Assembly (NCBI GenBank): GCA_032718475.1
Contig: JAUCBJ010005579.1
Location: forward strand, 1 to 52,272
Reading direction: 5' to 3'
DNA: 52,272 nt
Source: Nemertoderma westbladi
Taxonomy: Eukaryota; Animalia; Xenacoelomorpha
This document shows, one piece after another, positions 1-11,880 of the stretch. Both the position numbers and the translations under genes were made by a program. The notes under the pieces were generated by a model, which was not told where the DNA came from, did no database searches, and was given only the letters and a program-made list of their open reading frames with translations. Each line of letters opens with the position of its first letter. The first letter of the stretch is position 1.

Positions 1-159
1 ATTTATACAGTCCCGCTCACCAACAGAGTGCCATCGGATCCGATCGGATCCAACACACTCCGACAGCTTCAAACAAGCACAATGCTAACCTACGGAGATT
101 TAGTACTGTTTGATTCTGTTGGAGAAAATATTTCCAACAAGTTTAGTCTGTTGGAGCCC

Positions 160-320
160 ATCTGAATCTGTCTGAAATCCGTCTGAAAGTGTTTGAAATT
201 TCTGTTGGATGTTGTTGGAAGCTATCTGAAGTTGTTTGAAGTTGTCTGAAGCTGTTTGAAATTGTCTGAAGCTGTTTGAAATTGTCTGAAACTGTTTGAA
301 GTTGTCTGAAGATGTTTGAC
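160..320. repeat. 10-bp subterminal minisatellite ((G/A)(T/C)TGT(C/T)TGAA)n, left copy
   Basis: gttgtctgaa/gctgtttgaa/attgtctgaa units in tandem; these produce the spurious QT/SD/FR-rich ORFs. Confidence 0.85.
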
Positions 321-2314
321 GCCATCGGAATTTGTTGGAATTTGCCAATGCCTTACAAAAGCGTAGTTCATTAACAAAATGTCAATCACTTTAACTCTCA
401 ATTTGAAGTGATTGTGAGGGTGTGCTATTGTCAATTATAAACCGAAACAAAGATTTGTTTCATTTAACAATTTTTATTTACATAATTATGTCGTTAATTA
501 TATCAATTAATTAACTAGAATGCATAAACGAATAATAAATTCCTATAATATAAATTCCGATAAATGAATATAATAATACCAACACGTTTTTAATTCCTTT
601 ATTTAATTAGAAATGTAAATAATGCTATAAATATATTAGTTTCTTTGACGTAGGGCACTAAATACTGCACATAAACAGATATAAACACAAACAGATTAAG
701 CAAACAGTAAATATAATTACAATGAGTGAAAAAAATATTTTTGGTTAATTTTATTAGTTGTGTTGAAAGAGCATCGAAATGAAAAGGTTTGCACGTAATA
801 CTTCTAGCCCAACTATTTTTTCGCGCACCTACCCTATTTGAGTAAATTACATTCACACACTCAAAAGTTATTGCAACTTTAGTCTCTGCAAGGCGAACTT
901 CGAAACGGAACTCCATATCCAATATTGGTTTGTAGTTAAGCGGTTCCCTAGTTACGAAATAAATATTCGAGAACAATAAATTATTTAACATTGAGTAAGG
1001 CAGCATTTAGGCAGAATTTAGGAACAAACAAGTACCTATTTAAGAATAAAATTACGTATACATGGGAAAACTTATTTTGAATATTATCACTACCCTTTAG
1101 TAATGATGGGTCGAAATTCCCCCCTAGCCCTTCACAAGGGAGGGTGGGCGTAGGGACGCACGGGGCCCAACGCCAACATATCGTGATAGTTTGTCACATT
1201 GGAAGGGGAGGGGGGGGGGGGGGGGGGGGGGTGATGAAACGTGGCTGTTAATGTTAAACGTGAATGAATTAATATCATAAAGTAGTATTGAGCATTACGC
1301 ACAACCATAATAGATTAGATAGAGAATTGGGAATGTGAAGGCCCTTGTTTTCACGTGACTGCCATGCCATATTATGATGTAATATATATCCGCCATCTCT
1401 GAACTTGGGAGAAACGAAATTGCGACAACTACAGTATGGAGAATCGGGAAGCCTGGAAGGATCTCATTTCCACTGTCCGAGTTCGCTCGACTTTGTAGTA
1501 GTAGTATATCCGCCATTGACGTACTGTTGTTATGTAAAAGGTAGACCTAATCACACCAGATACTAATTAAAATAATGTCTTAATAACTAATTATATTCAT
1601 TCATACAATAAGCAATGTAGCCAATTAAGGCTGTGATTGACAAATTAACCGCACAATTAATTAATTGACAAAACAAAAATCAAACTAGTAGAGATCATAT
1701 CCAAACCTGTATAAATATAAATAAACGCAACGATATAACTAACACATGTACGTACACTATATTAACTGTAGAGGGGGATACTGTCCCTCCTGCGAAAAGC
1801 AAAATATATTTATCAGTATTTTAATTAATGTAACTTAAAGAAATTGAGCCTTATTCGAAGAAATTCTACATGAGCATTTTGGACCTATACCGCCACTGCT
1901 TGGCTCTTTGGAAGTGTATTTCCGCAAAGCTCTATTGTATGGCTCTAGACCAACCCAAAGCAACATTATTATGTGAACACAGAATTCCATTCCCCATTCA
2001 TTTCAATGGTAGCCAACTTGTCTTTCTTGTATTGGGGGTAGACCACTGGTTAGCTTTCTGCTATTGTGTTATTCAAAGATAGCGGCAGGAATAAAGAGAA
2101 ATACCGACCTCACTAATGGGCTGTTCCTTCAGGTCAGCTTAAGTTACAGTGTGAATGTTCAAGGGCGCCGCCAGTGGCCAGTCCACTCTGTCGTTATTGT
2201 GGCTTTATGAATGGAGTTCCTTTAGTAGTTACAAACGCTTTCATTCTATCTGCGCGCAAGAAGATGGGAGTTGAGTTGGGGTTGCGGTTGAGTGTGGGTG
2301 GAGTGATTGACAGG

Positions 2315-2450
2315 TTGTTGGAAGTTGTCTGATTCTATTTGAAACTGTCTGAATCTGTTTGAAACTGTCGGAATCTGTTTGAAATTGTCTGAATCTGTTT
2401 GAAGTTGTTGGACTGTTGGAGTTTGTCTGAAAGTGTTTGAAGCTGTTGGA
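2315..2450. repeat. 10-bp subterminal minisatellite, right copy
   Basis: The same decamer (actgtctgaa/tctgtttgaa) next to the right TIR, in the same orientation as the left array. Confidence 0.8.
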
Positions 2451-2503
2451 TCCGATCGGTTCAGATCGGATCCGATGGCACTCCGTTGGTGAGCTGGACT
2501 GTA

Positions 2504-5340
2504 ATATATATATACCCGTTTTAATGGGTTTTGTCAATGTTTGAAATAAATGTTATTATTTCTGGGGAGTAATCACTACACAAAGCGGTGCGCTTTCAGT
2601 GAAGTGTTACTTATAGACACTAAAACAAATATTACTAATTTACCTAAGTTACTTAATACTACAAATTACGTACAATTCGGGTGAGATTACAATCTCTAAA
2701 TAAATGCAAAAATTTACAAAAAACACAAAATACGAATTTTTAGGGTAATTTTACAAGAAGTCTACAAACCAGCCTAACAAAGGGTTAGAAAACTGGTTAT
2801 TACAACGGACAGGGTACTGCGGTATTTGAAAATAATACGTAGTAGTAAATACACTGCGTTGTCCAGATAGGAAAATACCACCGCCTGACGACCTATAGCC
2901 GTATCGCTATAGGTTCTACGTTATGTATCACGGAGTGTTCCTACCTAGAAGTTAATAGAGCTAATCGAATGTGCCTATCAACCACTTTACAACACAAATA
3001 TAATGCCTACAATAATTATTTTCGGAAAGCACTGTACACTAAACCCTAAATTAGGTACGAGTACTTGTACAACAGATAATCAGTAATTAAATATACTTGA
3101 ACAGCTAAAAGAACCACGGCATCTGCTGGAGTGACCGATGCACAAAATCACCAGTCTTTACCTACCGGTACGCCAAGCAGCCCGTGTAGTACCGAGGTTA
3201 ATTTAACTATAGCGGTATGTATAACAAACACAATTACTGTAGGAACAAACTTGGGGACTTGAATGTTGCGAATAATCGCATAAACTCTGAATAATAAATA
3301 TTACGCTACGCGTACAAACCACTCAAACAAAAATGCAGACTAAATACTGACAGACTACTATCAAGCCTAAATAAACTACAGGACATGCAGACTCCGAAAT
3401 AGTTAGGTAGTATGCGTTCTAACCCAGTAGTACGACTTATTCTTTAATTGGGGGTTTACTTTACAGCAATGGCTACCCCAACTTCCCAACCGTTCTTTAT
3501 CGGACAAGGGCTCTACACACACTGCAATCCGTTCAGACCTAATAACAGACAGACAACTATCCAGCCTACAAATTATCTAAATGATATTATACGCTACCTG
3601 TACAGACTACACAAACAAAGTACAGACCAAATGATGGCAGACTACTCTCAAGCCTAAATAAACTACAGGACATGCAGACTCCGAAATAGTTAGGTAGTAT
3701 GCGTTCTAACCCAGTAGTACGACTTATTCTTTAATTGGGGGTTTACTTTACAGCAATGGCTACCCCAACTTCCCAACCGTTCTTTATCGGACAGGTGACC
3801 TACACACACTGCAATCCGTTCAGACTTAACAGCAATCAGACAACAGCTCAGCCTACAACTTGTCTGTACAATATGATCAGGCTTACACGCCTTCTGTTCA
3901 ATACTGGCCTACAAACAAATAAAACTTGACAGAAATAAGTAAAAATCTCAATAAAAAACCAGGGCTGCAGTCCCTGATTAATTATTAAGGCCTACTGGTA
4001 TATAATAATCAAAATCGAATAATACTGCTGTAGGTACCGGTCCGGATGATCAGGCAGTCAGGCCTACTGGTTACCAGTCGACCAGTACTTTCGACTTTAT
4101 TGCTTACTGCAATAAAGAAGCTATATCCTTTAATGTTCGCGCTTTCAGACCTTTGGCAGTTTAACCCGCCAAATTAAGATGTCTTCTAGATATTAAATCA
4201 GTTTTTAGTCTATGACAAGTATTTGATTCACTACACTAGTCGAAACCAATCCGTGCGCGACCATTCACCCGCTGGAGATTCCCGGGAGATTGGGTTCGAC
4301 GGTTTAATTTTATTGCTATGTAAGCCTAATGTATTATTCGACTGACAGTATTATATAATCTCTGACAATATTATTCACCTTCGGGAATATTAACAGTTCC
4401 TTTAGGACGTGGCGCTTTATCTATATAAACAGAGTTATGACTTAAACTACTCACAACGATATGGCTTAATTATAATTCACATATATGGCGCATTCTTTAG
4501 GAATTGCTTCTTTAACAGACTCACTCATACACAATGCTGCACAATACTGCACACTAATCTGCCAATCTTCACTGATTTTAGTCACATAAAAAAGGAACAC
4601 AGGCTGACTCATGTAGGGTCTATCAAATAACATTGGATTCACTTCAAACCACTTTAACATAAGTCACAATCGTTATTGGTAACCTTTCTCTCTTACCTTC
4701 GGTATATCAAGAATATTGGGTTTCGGGGTTATTTATCGTTATTCCAAATATAATAATTCATCAACCATATTATGAAGAACTGACAGTAAATAGCAGTATA
4801 AAACAACAACTGAACACTGATTGTTATGAGTTTGCAATGTTTCAGCAGTCAGTATGTATGATCAGTTAGCAGTGAGATATTTACAGTTAAAGGATATATG
4901 TCCTTATAATTAAACCTACTAGTGTAAGACTAAAAACTGAAACACGGAGGTGCCAAAAGCCGGTTCTTAGGCTCTGGGCAAAAACATAACACTGAACTAC
5001 TGAGTTTCTGTATATACCTCCAACACAGAGACAACAAACGCTCTGATTGGTCAACCTGAACAACGAGAGAACAAAGAAACAAAGAAACGTCGACGTGGCA
5101 ATATCAGCTGCTAGCCGTCGTCATGGTAGCGACACTGTTTTCAAGAGTATCGAGCTTTTACGTCACAGAATTACGGATTATGTCCTCTAAAGTACAAATA
5201 CAGAAGAAATAGCTTTTATGTCCGCTAAAACACCAGTACAGCAAGGACACGGCCTTTTTATGCCTGGTAAACCAACTACAGAGTATTTTACGGGAAAATA
5301 AGGAAAAATAACCGGACAATTCAGCAAAAGCTTTTACACA
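2504..5340 (-). mobile_element. Probable LTR (plus leader) of a second LTR retrotransposon family, minus orientation
   Basis: Ends in ...TTTTACACA (TGTGTAAAA on minus) abutting the middle of an EGF exon at 5341. Minus-strand CCAAT (~5045), TATA (~5011) and TCAGT initiator (~4991) lie in the same order as in the BEL LTR. Non-coding. Other boundary not identified. Confidence 0.45.
3351..3830. repeat. Direct repeat, ~190 bp near-identical core, period 287 bp
   Basis: cagactact...gttcagac occurs at ~3351-3538 and ~3638-3825; the ORFs at 3448 and 3735 share the same N-terminus. Confidence 0.9.
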
Positions 5341-7029
5341 AACTGTACAAATAATGATGGAGGATTCGTGTGTGCTTGCAATTCAGGATATTCTGGAGAT
5401 GGCTTACAATGCTCTGGTAATAATCTAATCTCATAATAATCTAGATCAATTAGTACTAAGCATATAATGTCTTTTATAATTTAGTTTCATGATGGGAAAA
5501 GTTAAGAAATATATTCGCATTTATTATATGCTTTAGATTATAATGAATGCCAGAATGGAAGTCATAATTGCAATAGTAATGCAAATTGCACAAATGTTGA
5601 TGGAGGATTCGAGTGTGCTTGCAATTCAGGATATTCTGGTGATGGCTTACACTGCTCTGGTAATAATCTAATCTCATAATAATCTAGATCAATTAGTACT
5701 AAGCATATAATGTCTTTTATAATTTAGTTTCATGATGGGAAAAGTTAAGAAATATATTCGCATTTATTATATGCTTTAGATTTTAATGAATGCCAGAATG
5801 GAAGTCATAATTGCAATAGTAATGCAAATTGCACAAATGTTGATGGAGGATTCGAGTGTGCTTGCAATTCAGGATATTCTGGGGATGGCTTATCATGCAC
5901 TGGTAAGTTAATCTCATATTAATATCCATCAAATACTAAGCCTGTGCAAATGTTGATGGAGGATTCGAGTGTGCTTGCAATTTAGGATATTCTGGGGATG
6001 GCTTATCGTGCACTGGTAAGTTAATCTCATAATAATATCCATCAAATACTAAGCCTAAAAAGTATTTTTGTAAATTAGTTTTAATATTGAAAAGTTTACT
6101 ATTGAATTTGTATATATTATATGCTTTATAGATGTTGATGAATGTCAAACTGGTTCTCATAATTGTCATAGTAAGGCAAACTGTGCCAATGTTGATGGAG
6201 GATTTGAGTGTGCTTGTAATTCAGGATATTCTGGCAATGGTTTATCATGCACTGGTAAGCTAATCTCATAACCTGAATCAATTACTAAGTCTAGAATGTA
6301 TTTTGCATTTGAGATACAACAATGGAACTGTTAAGAATATAATTGTATTTATTTGCTTTAGATATTGATGAATGTCAGAATGGTACTCATAATTGCCATA
6401 GTAGTGCAAACTGTACAAATGTTGAAGGAGCATTCATGTGTACTTGCAATTCAGGATATTCTGGTGATGGCATCTTTTGCACTGGTAAGCCAATCTCATA
6501 ATAAACCAATTCAAATAGTAAGTATATATTGTTTTTTACAATTAATTGCGTTTCAGCATTGAAATAGTTTGTGGATGGATGTAATTTTGCATTTCTTATA
6601 TACCTTAGATGATAATGAATGCCAAAATGGAACTCACAATTGTCACAATAATGCTAGCTGCGCAAATAATGATGGTGGATTTACATGCACATGCAAACCA
6701 GGTTATTCTGGTAATGGTGTATCATGCACAGGTATGCTAATTCCATAATATTTCAAGTATCAATAATGCGGGATCTAATTAATTTTCCATACATTGTCAT
6801 AGTTGCACACAGTTATCTACCATGTCAAATATCCATTTATCTGATATTATTCAATAATAATACTAATCCTATAATATATATCGAATGCTAATGTAAATAT
6901 ATTTTTGTTGATCTAGATGATGATGAATGTTATAGTGGTATTCATAATTGCCATAAAAATGCCAGTTGTACAAATGTTGCCGGTGGATTCATTTGCGAAT
7001 GTAATTCAGGCTTTTCTGGTGATGGTGTA
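5341..7029 (+). CDS. Calcium-binding EGF exon array, left block (5 complete exons, 1 nearly complete, 2 half exons)
   Basis: AG|D(Y/F/V/I/D)(N/D)EC...NC...A.C.N..GGF.C.C..GYSG.G..C|GT exons start at ~5538, 5780, 6132, 6362, 6609 and 6917. The first (5341) and last exons are cut by insertions; an orphan half exon lies at ~5942-6014. Confidence 0.85.
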
Positions 7030-8271
7030 TGTTAAAACAGGGGCGATCAGGAGCGCGTTATTACTACTGTACTACTGCTAAACACAAAACCGCTACTCAC
7101 CGCTGGATGGCGCTAACCTGCCGTCCGCTAATATATTTTACTAATTTTATACGGCTCCTGCAAATCGCTTGTTCCTTTCTCTACCGATCACTTGATAGAG
7201 AGCTAACTGTTCGAATCTATATGCCACGCGGGAAAAACCAAAACAATAAACCCGAGACGGCTCCCTAGGCTACTTGAAACGAGTGTGGGAGAGGTTTACA
7301 CTCAGAGTGTATTCTTATCGCCTAATCTTACTGTTAAAAACACGCAAATAAACGCGTCCTTTCTAATCGCAAATACTGGGGTTCCTTAACGGAATATATG
7401 AATGTGAGAATGTTTAAAATAACTCAAAGTGTGACAGAATGTCCTACCGGGACTGGTACTACGGGTCTAAACTTGTCTTCGGCTGGCTTTAGGCCAGCAA
7501 CCTACTACTGCGTACTGGATACTGCTATCTAGCTTATTGTCCGCTATTTTCAAATAACCGCCCAGCGTGAATATTTTACAGTACTCCAAATAATTACCTT
7601 AACTACTCTCCGCTATGCTGCGTACAAATTCTTAATTTTACTAATAAATTACAGTCACAAATATGAAACAGCGTACTAATTACTAAGTGTTCCAGAATGC
7701 GCAATTCTAATTTATTACACACCGGGTTACACTAGTAACAGCCTAAATACCGTATTATTTTGGCCTAATCAGTAATTATTTATCGTAAACTAAGAAATAT
7801 AAATCAATCAAGGGAAAAGGGCGCCTATCTAAGCATTCATAATTTAATCAGGCACACTTTAGCAATACACAAATCAGCGTAACAATCAATAGCCAATACT
7901 ATGGTGGACCAGAAGGGCCAATTTGTTTTTTTTTAATTTCATAGAATTAAAAAAAAACGAATAAACGAATTAGCCCTTCAAATTCGTTGTTTCGTTTATT
8001 TATTTTACATTTCCCAGAATAAAAAATCGAATAAACGAATTTGCCGTTCAAATTCGTCTTATCGTTTTTATTTTTGACAATTCCCTGAATAAAAAAAAAC
8101 GAATAAACGAATTGAAAAAAATAAACAAAAAACAAAATGTTTGGTAAAAATTTGTTTAATTAGTTTATTTTTTTCTAACCTGGAAAAAAAATAAACCAAA
8201 AACCAATTCTTAATAGTCGCTATTTTGATTAGACGTGATATTGGCTCTCTCTGTCTGTCCGGTAGTACAGT

Positions 8272-10132
8272 ATGTCTGATCATGATCAATCAGATATTAC
8301 ACTTGATGAACTTATTATTTATTATTTTAATTTGCGGATTTCTGCGAGGGAAACCCAAGTAATATTATCTCGAACGCATAATATTTCGATATCTGAACGA
8401 ACGGTGAAACGATACCGTCAAAAACTACAGTTAAAGTCAAGGAATTTCGAGAAGTGATTGGTGACAGTTTTAGTTGCAATAATAATGGAACTCCAGGGTG
8501 GTGCGATGAATTGCGGCTACCGAACCATGAAACACATATTGTGGTCAAAGTATTCCATTAATACGCCGCAGAACATGGTCCGCCTAATGCTTAATTATTT
8601 AGATCCGGATGGTGTCAATCACAGATTGCGAAAATCGCTGAGACAAAGAGGCCGGTATGGTTCGAATGGTCCGAACGACACGATCCACATTGACGGCTAC
8701 GATAAACTTAAACCTTACGGTTTCCCCATCCACGCAGCAATTGACGGCTTTTCGAGAAAAGTAGTTTGGCTTAGCGTATTGACCAGCAATAACAATCTTA
8801 AAACCGTAACTCAAAATTACTTCGATTTCCTGCAGTTAACTGACAGATTGCCCAGGAAACTGCGTGTTGATGCCGGAACAGAGAATTGTTTAAGAGTTCG
8901 GTTACACCAAGAATTAAGAAAACTTATTGACGGCAGCGAGGAAGCAGCCAAATCTGTTATTATAGGAAGTTCCATTTACAACACACGAATAGAACGATTT
9001 TGGAGAGATTTGCGACGTAAAATGTCTCAATTCTACATAGACTTATTTAATGAACTGATGAATGATGGTCTGTACAATCCCACAGATAATCTACAAGTAC
9101 AGGCTGCTAGGTTTTGCTTTTATCAGTTGATGCAAAGTCAATTAGATGATTGTACCCACTATTGGAATACGCATAGAATGCGGAGAAATAGGAAAATCGG
9201 ATTTGCCGGAGGAATTCCTGACGTGATGTATCTTTCACCACCGTACGGTAAAACGGACCAGTCGTCGCCATTACCACTATCCCGCAACGAACTAGTGTTT
9301 ATGCAGGCCTTTGTTTGATCTCTACATCAATTTATGGTTTGCAAAATTTAGTTAACACCGCTGTTAAATTTGCCAACTGTCATTCAATGCTTTTCAATGT
9401 TAAAAAAACGAAATGTATATATTTTTTGCCGAAATCTCATTCAGGTATTCCGTTATGTAGAATCCGTTTATATGGTGCATATATTCCAATTGTTGATAAT
9501 TTTAACTATTTAGGACATATTCTTCACTCTACTACTGACGATGATTACGACATAACTAAACAAATGCATTGCTTGTATGCCAGAGCAAATGTTTTAGTTA
9601 GGAAGTTCAGTACCGCTCCTTTACCGGTAAAAGTAACTCTTTTTCGGGCATATTGCACCCCTATATATTGTAACAGTCTGTGGAATGCTCATAACTATTC
9701 ACAGATATGTTACAATAAGATTCGGGTGGCTTACAATAATTGTGCACGTTTTTTGTTTAATATTCCGCGGGTTACCGACGGTGAACCTACAAGTATGTCT
9801 CTACAATTCGGAAGGTTAAACCTTCCAATGTTTTGCCATATTCGGTACCGTTCCAAACAAAGTTTATTGCGTAGAATTGTCACAACTTGCAATTCTATTT
9901 TACGTGAGATCTCGCGTACTTGTAGTATTAACTCAATATCACGTATTCTTTCTTAGGTATGATTTCAGTGACCTACTTACTCATACTCTGTGCTTGATTG
10001 GTTGTGTGCTTGTTTTACTCGTTTTTATGGGCTAAGGCCTGGATTAAAGGTAATAATAATAATAATAATAATAATATGCGGCAGGAACTATGTGTCAAAA
10101 CGCCTGTGAATGGTTGTAGTGTTGACTATTGA
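8272..10132 (+). pseudogene. IS3EU DDE transposase (integrase-core fold), premature stop and LINE insertion
   Basis: ORFs 8272-8457 and 8458-9318 are in one frame, split by a TGA. Motifs HIDGYDKLKPYGFPIHAAIDGFSR, LRVDAGTEN, NTRIERFW. The frame resumes after the LINE as MRQELCVKTPVNGCSVDY* (10076-10132). Confidence 0.88.
9305..10075 (+). mobile_element. 5'-truncated non-LTR retrotransposon (CR1/L2-group-like RT C-terminus, 3' UTR, (TAA)n tail)
   Basis: Starts just after the YADD position (LCLISTSIYGLQNL...FNVKKTKC...FNYLGHIL...LYARANVL). Stop at 9956, (TAA)8 tail at 10051-10075, candidate TSD TATGC (9300-9304 / 10075-10079). Confidence 0.88.
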
Positions 10133-10824
10133 AATTCGTTTATTCGATTTTTTATTCTGGGAAATGTAAAATAAATAAACGAAAAAACGAATTTGAAAGG
10201 CCAATTAGATATTCGGTTTTTTTTAATTCTGTGAAATAAAAAAAAAACGAATTGGCCCTTCTGGTCCACCATACAATACTTAACAGTTAGCAGTTCTCAA
10301 TGTACAGTTTGCAGTGTAGAACACGAAGGACTCTCCCAGATACATATAGGCTTCCTAACTAACCCAATTCCTGCCCCCCTAACACTACAAAATAGAGACA
10401 AAATCTGGATCGTCAGCCCCCTAATTACTGTACCGGCGACTAGACTTCCGTCTACACTGCTAGCCTTCCGACCGCAACGGTGACCCCCCGGTGCACCCGC
10501 CGCGCCTACCGGTACCTTAGCCCTCCATTAGAATGAATAGCTACCGTAACGGCGCATGTAATCACAAACAGTCTGACAGTCTAAAGAAAATCCCGTGGGA
10601 TTATCGCCTCTTAAATCACATAGAACCATTAATCAAAAGGGTAGAAATCATAGTTCGGATTGTAATTTGCAGTAACCATCAAGATTGATTAAGAAACACA
10701 GCAAGGAATAAAGCAGAAATTACAAATTTGCGAATTATTGCAAGAAACAAACTGTAGAGCAATTATAGATAAAACTGAGAATCAAAAGACAGAAACTGTG
10801 GATACAGAATGAGAGATTATGCAC

Positions 10825-10910
10825 AGTCTGAGATGAGATGCACATACCGGAAATACAGCCAATTTATATGTGATTCATTGAGGATGATGCAATAATCCTC
10901 TGATTGGTTC
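10825..10910 (-). promoter_or_regulatory. Putative LTR core promoter (CCAAT, TATA, initiator)
   Basis: On the minus strand: CCAATC (~10902-10907), CATATAAA (~10863-10870), and TCATCTCAG ~25-30 nt downstream. Confidence 0.5.
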
Positions 10911-11364
10911 CCCAATCCGCGCTACCATTAGACCAACCTGGAAGCAGCTAGGCCAATAAGGAAGCCGGATTGTGAACCTATTCCCCCTCAGAATCACAAA
11001 TTACCACCATATATGGTAATATTGGCGTTGCTTAATTAGCGGTACTAAAAGCACGGTACATAAGATCTAATTTAGCGCAAATATAATAGAAATTAAAGCA
11101 AATATACAGTTAATCCTATTGATACTAATAACAGCAAGCTTACATCAAGGGTTTTATAGGAAACTTGCTACTGTAGAACTATTTATTTATATTTTATTAC
11201 AAAATTACGTAGGTAGGACTACATACTGTACAAAATGGATAAAATTCACAAATATGGGCATTTTATTTTCCTTATCTAAATATAATTGTGCGTCATTATG
11301 GCTTATCTAAATGATTATACTGTATAACGGCTAATATTGGTACACAGCGCCATATATCGTAACA

Positions 11365-11372
11365 CCGCTCCA
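11365..11372 (-). other. Putative short polypurine tract before the 3' LTR
   Basis: Minus strand reads TTGGAGCGG|TGTTACG at the inferred LTR start. Confidence 0.4.
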
Positions 11373-11524
11373 AGGGAAACAAGCAATGTTTCCCTCCAAT
11401 TGTAGAAGAATATAGGGCGATGTAAACAAACAAAATAAATTTCATTCAAATAATCTAAATAACTTGGTACTATAATAGTTCTAAATATTTACAAAATATT
11501 GCATATATATTGCATAATGAGTTT

Positions 11525-11662
11525 ACATACAAATTAAATTTACAAAATATTATCTCTCTCACTGTTTGATGATTACTAAATACAAATTAAATTTAATAAA
11601 ATATTGCTTTCTCTTACTACATAATGATTACTAAATACAAATTAAATTTACAAAATATTGTT
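11525..11662. repeat. ~55-bp tandem repeat (about 2.5 copies) in the BEL 3' UTR
   Basis: atacaaattaaattt(ac/aat)aaaatatt...tgattactaa recurs at ~11527, 11580 and 11634. Confidence 0.7.
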
Positions 11663-11880
11663 TTCTAATAAAAAAACCTTGGCTAGTGCAGGTGAAAGGA
11701 GTAAGCCAAACCCGCAGGTTTGTCTCCCCAATCACCTCCTTTGCCTCTCTCATAATATAAATTCCAATGAATACGACTAGTGTATACGAGTCCAGTCGAA
11801 TGTTTCCTAAATGCTACGGTATACATCAGAGCGACGATGATGTATATGTCTAGAGTCTGTTGCTCCGTGATATGATCGCA

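Larger units (their letters stand above)
8..2501. mobile_element. Non-autonomous DNA transposon, Tc1/mariner(pogo)-type termini
   Basis: Imperfect TIRs: CAGTCCCGCTCACCAACAGAGTGCCATCGGATCCGATC from 8, and GATCGGATCCGATGGCACTCCGTTGGTGAGCTGGACTG ending at 2501. Flanked by TA (6-7, 2502-2503). No transposase ORF inside. Confidence 0.85.
7900..10273 (+). mobile_element. IS3EU-type DNA transposon inserted in the BEL 3' LTR
   Basis: TATGGTGGACCAGAAGGGCCAATT...AATTGGCCCTTCTGGTCCACCATA termini within ~140-bp imperfect TIRs. 6-bp TSD CAATAC (7894-7899, 10274-10279). The empty site is visible in the other LTR (agccaatacttaac, ~27367-27380). TAY..RTA ends with a 6-bp TSD are the IS3EU signature. Confidence 0.9.
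7030..11364 (-). repeat. 3' LTR of the BEL element (~1,955 bp after removing the nested IS3EU insertion and one TSD copy)
   Basis: Matches 26491-27742 over the shared part (roughly 2% substitutions by eye, plus two indels). Termini TGTTA...TAACA. The 11364 end is inferred from TAACA next to a purine-rich tract. Confidence 0.85.

Noticed and set aside
100-434. Overlapping Q/T/S/F-rich ORFs (also 2241-2537)
   Set aside because: Translations of the 10-bp minisatellite.
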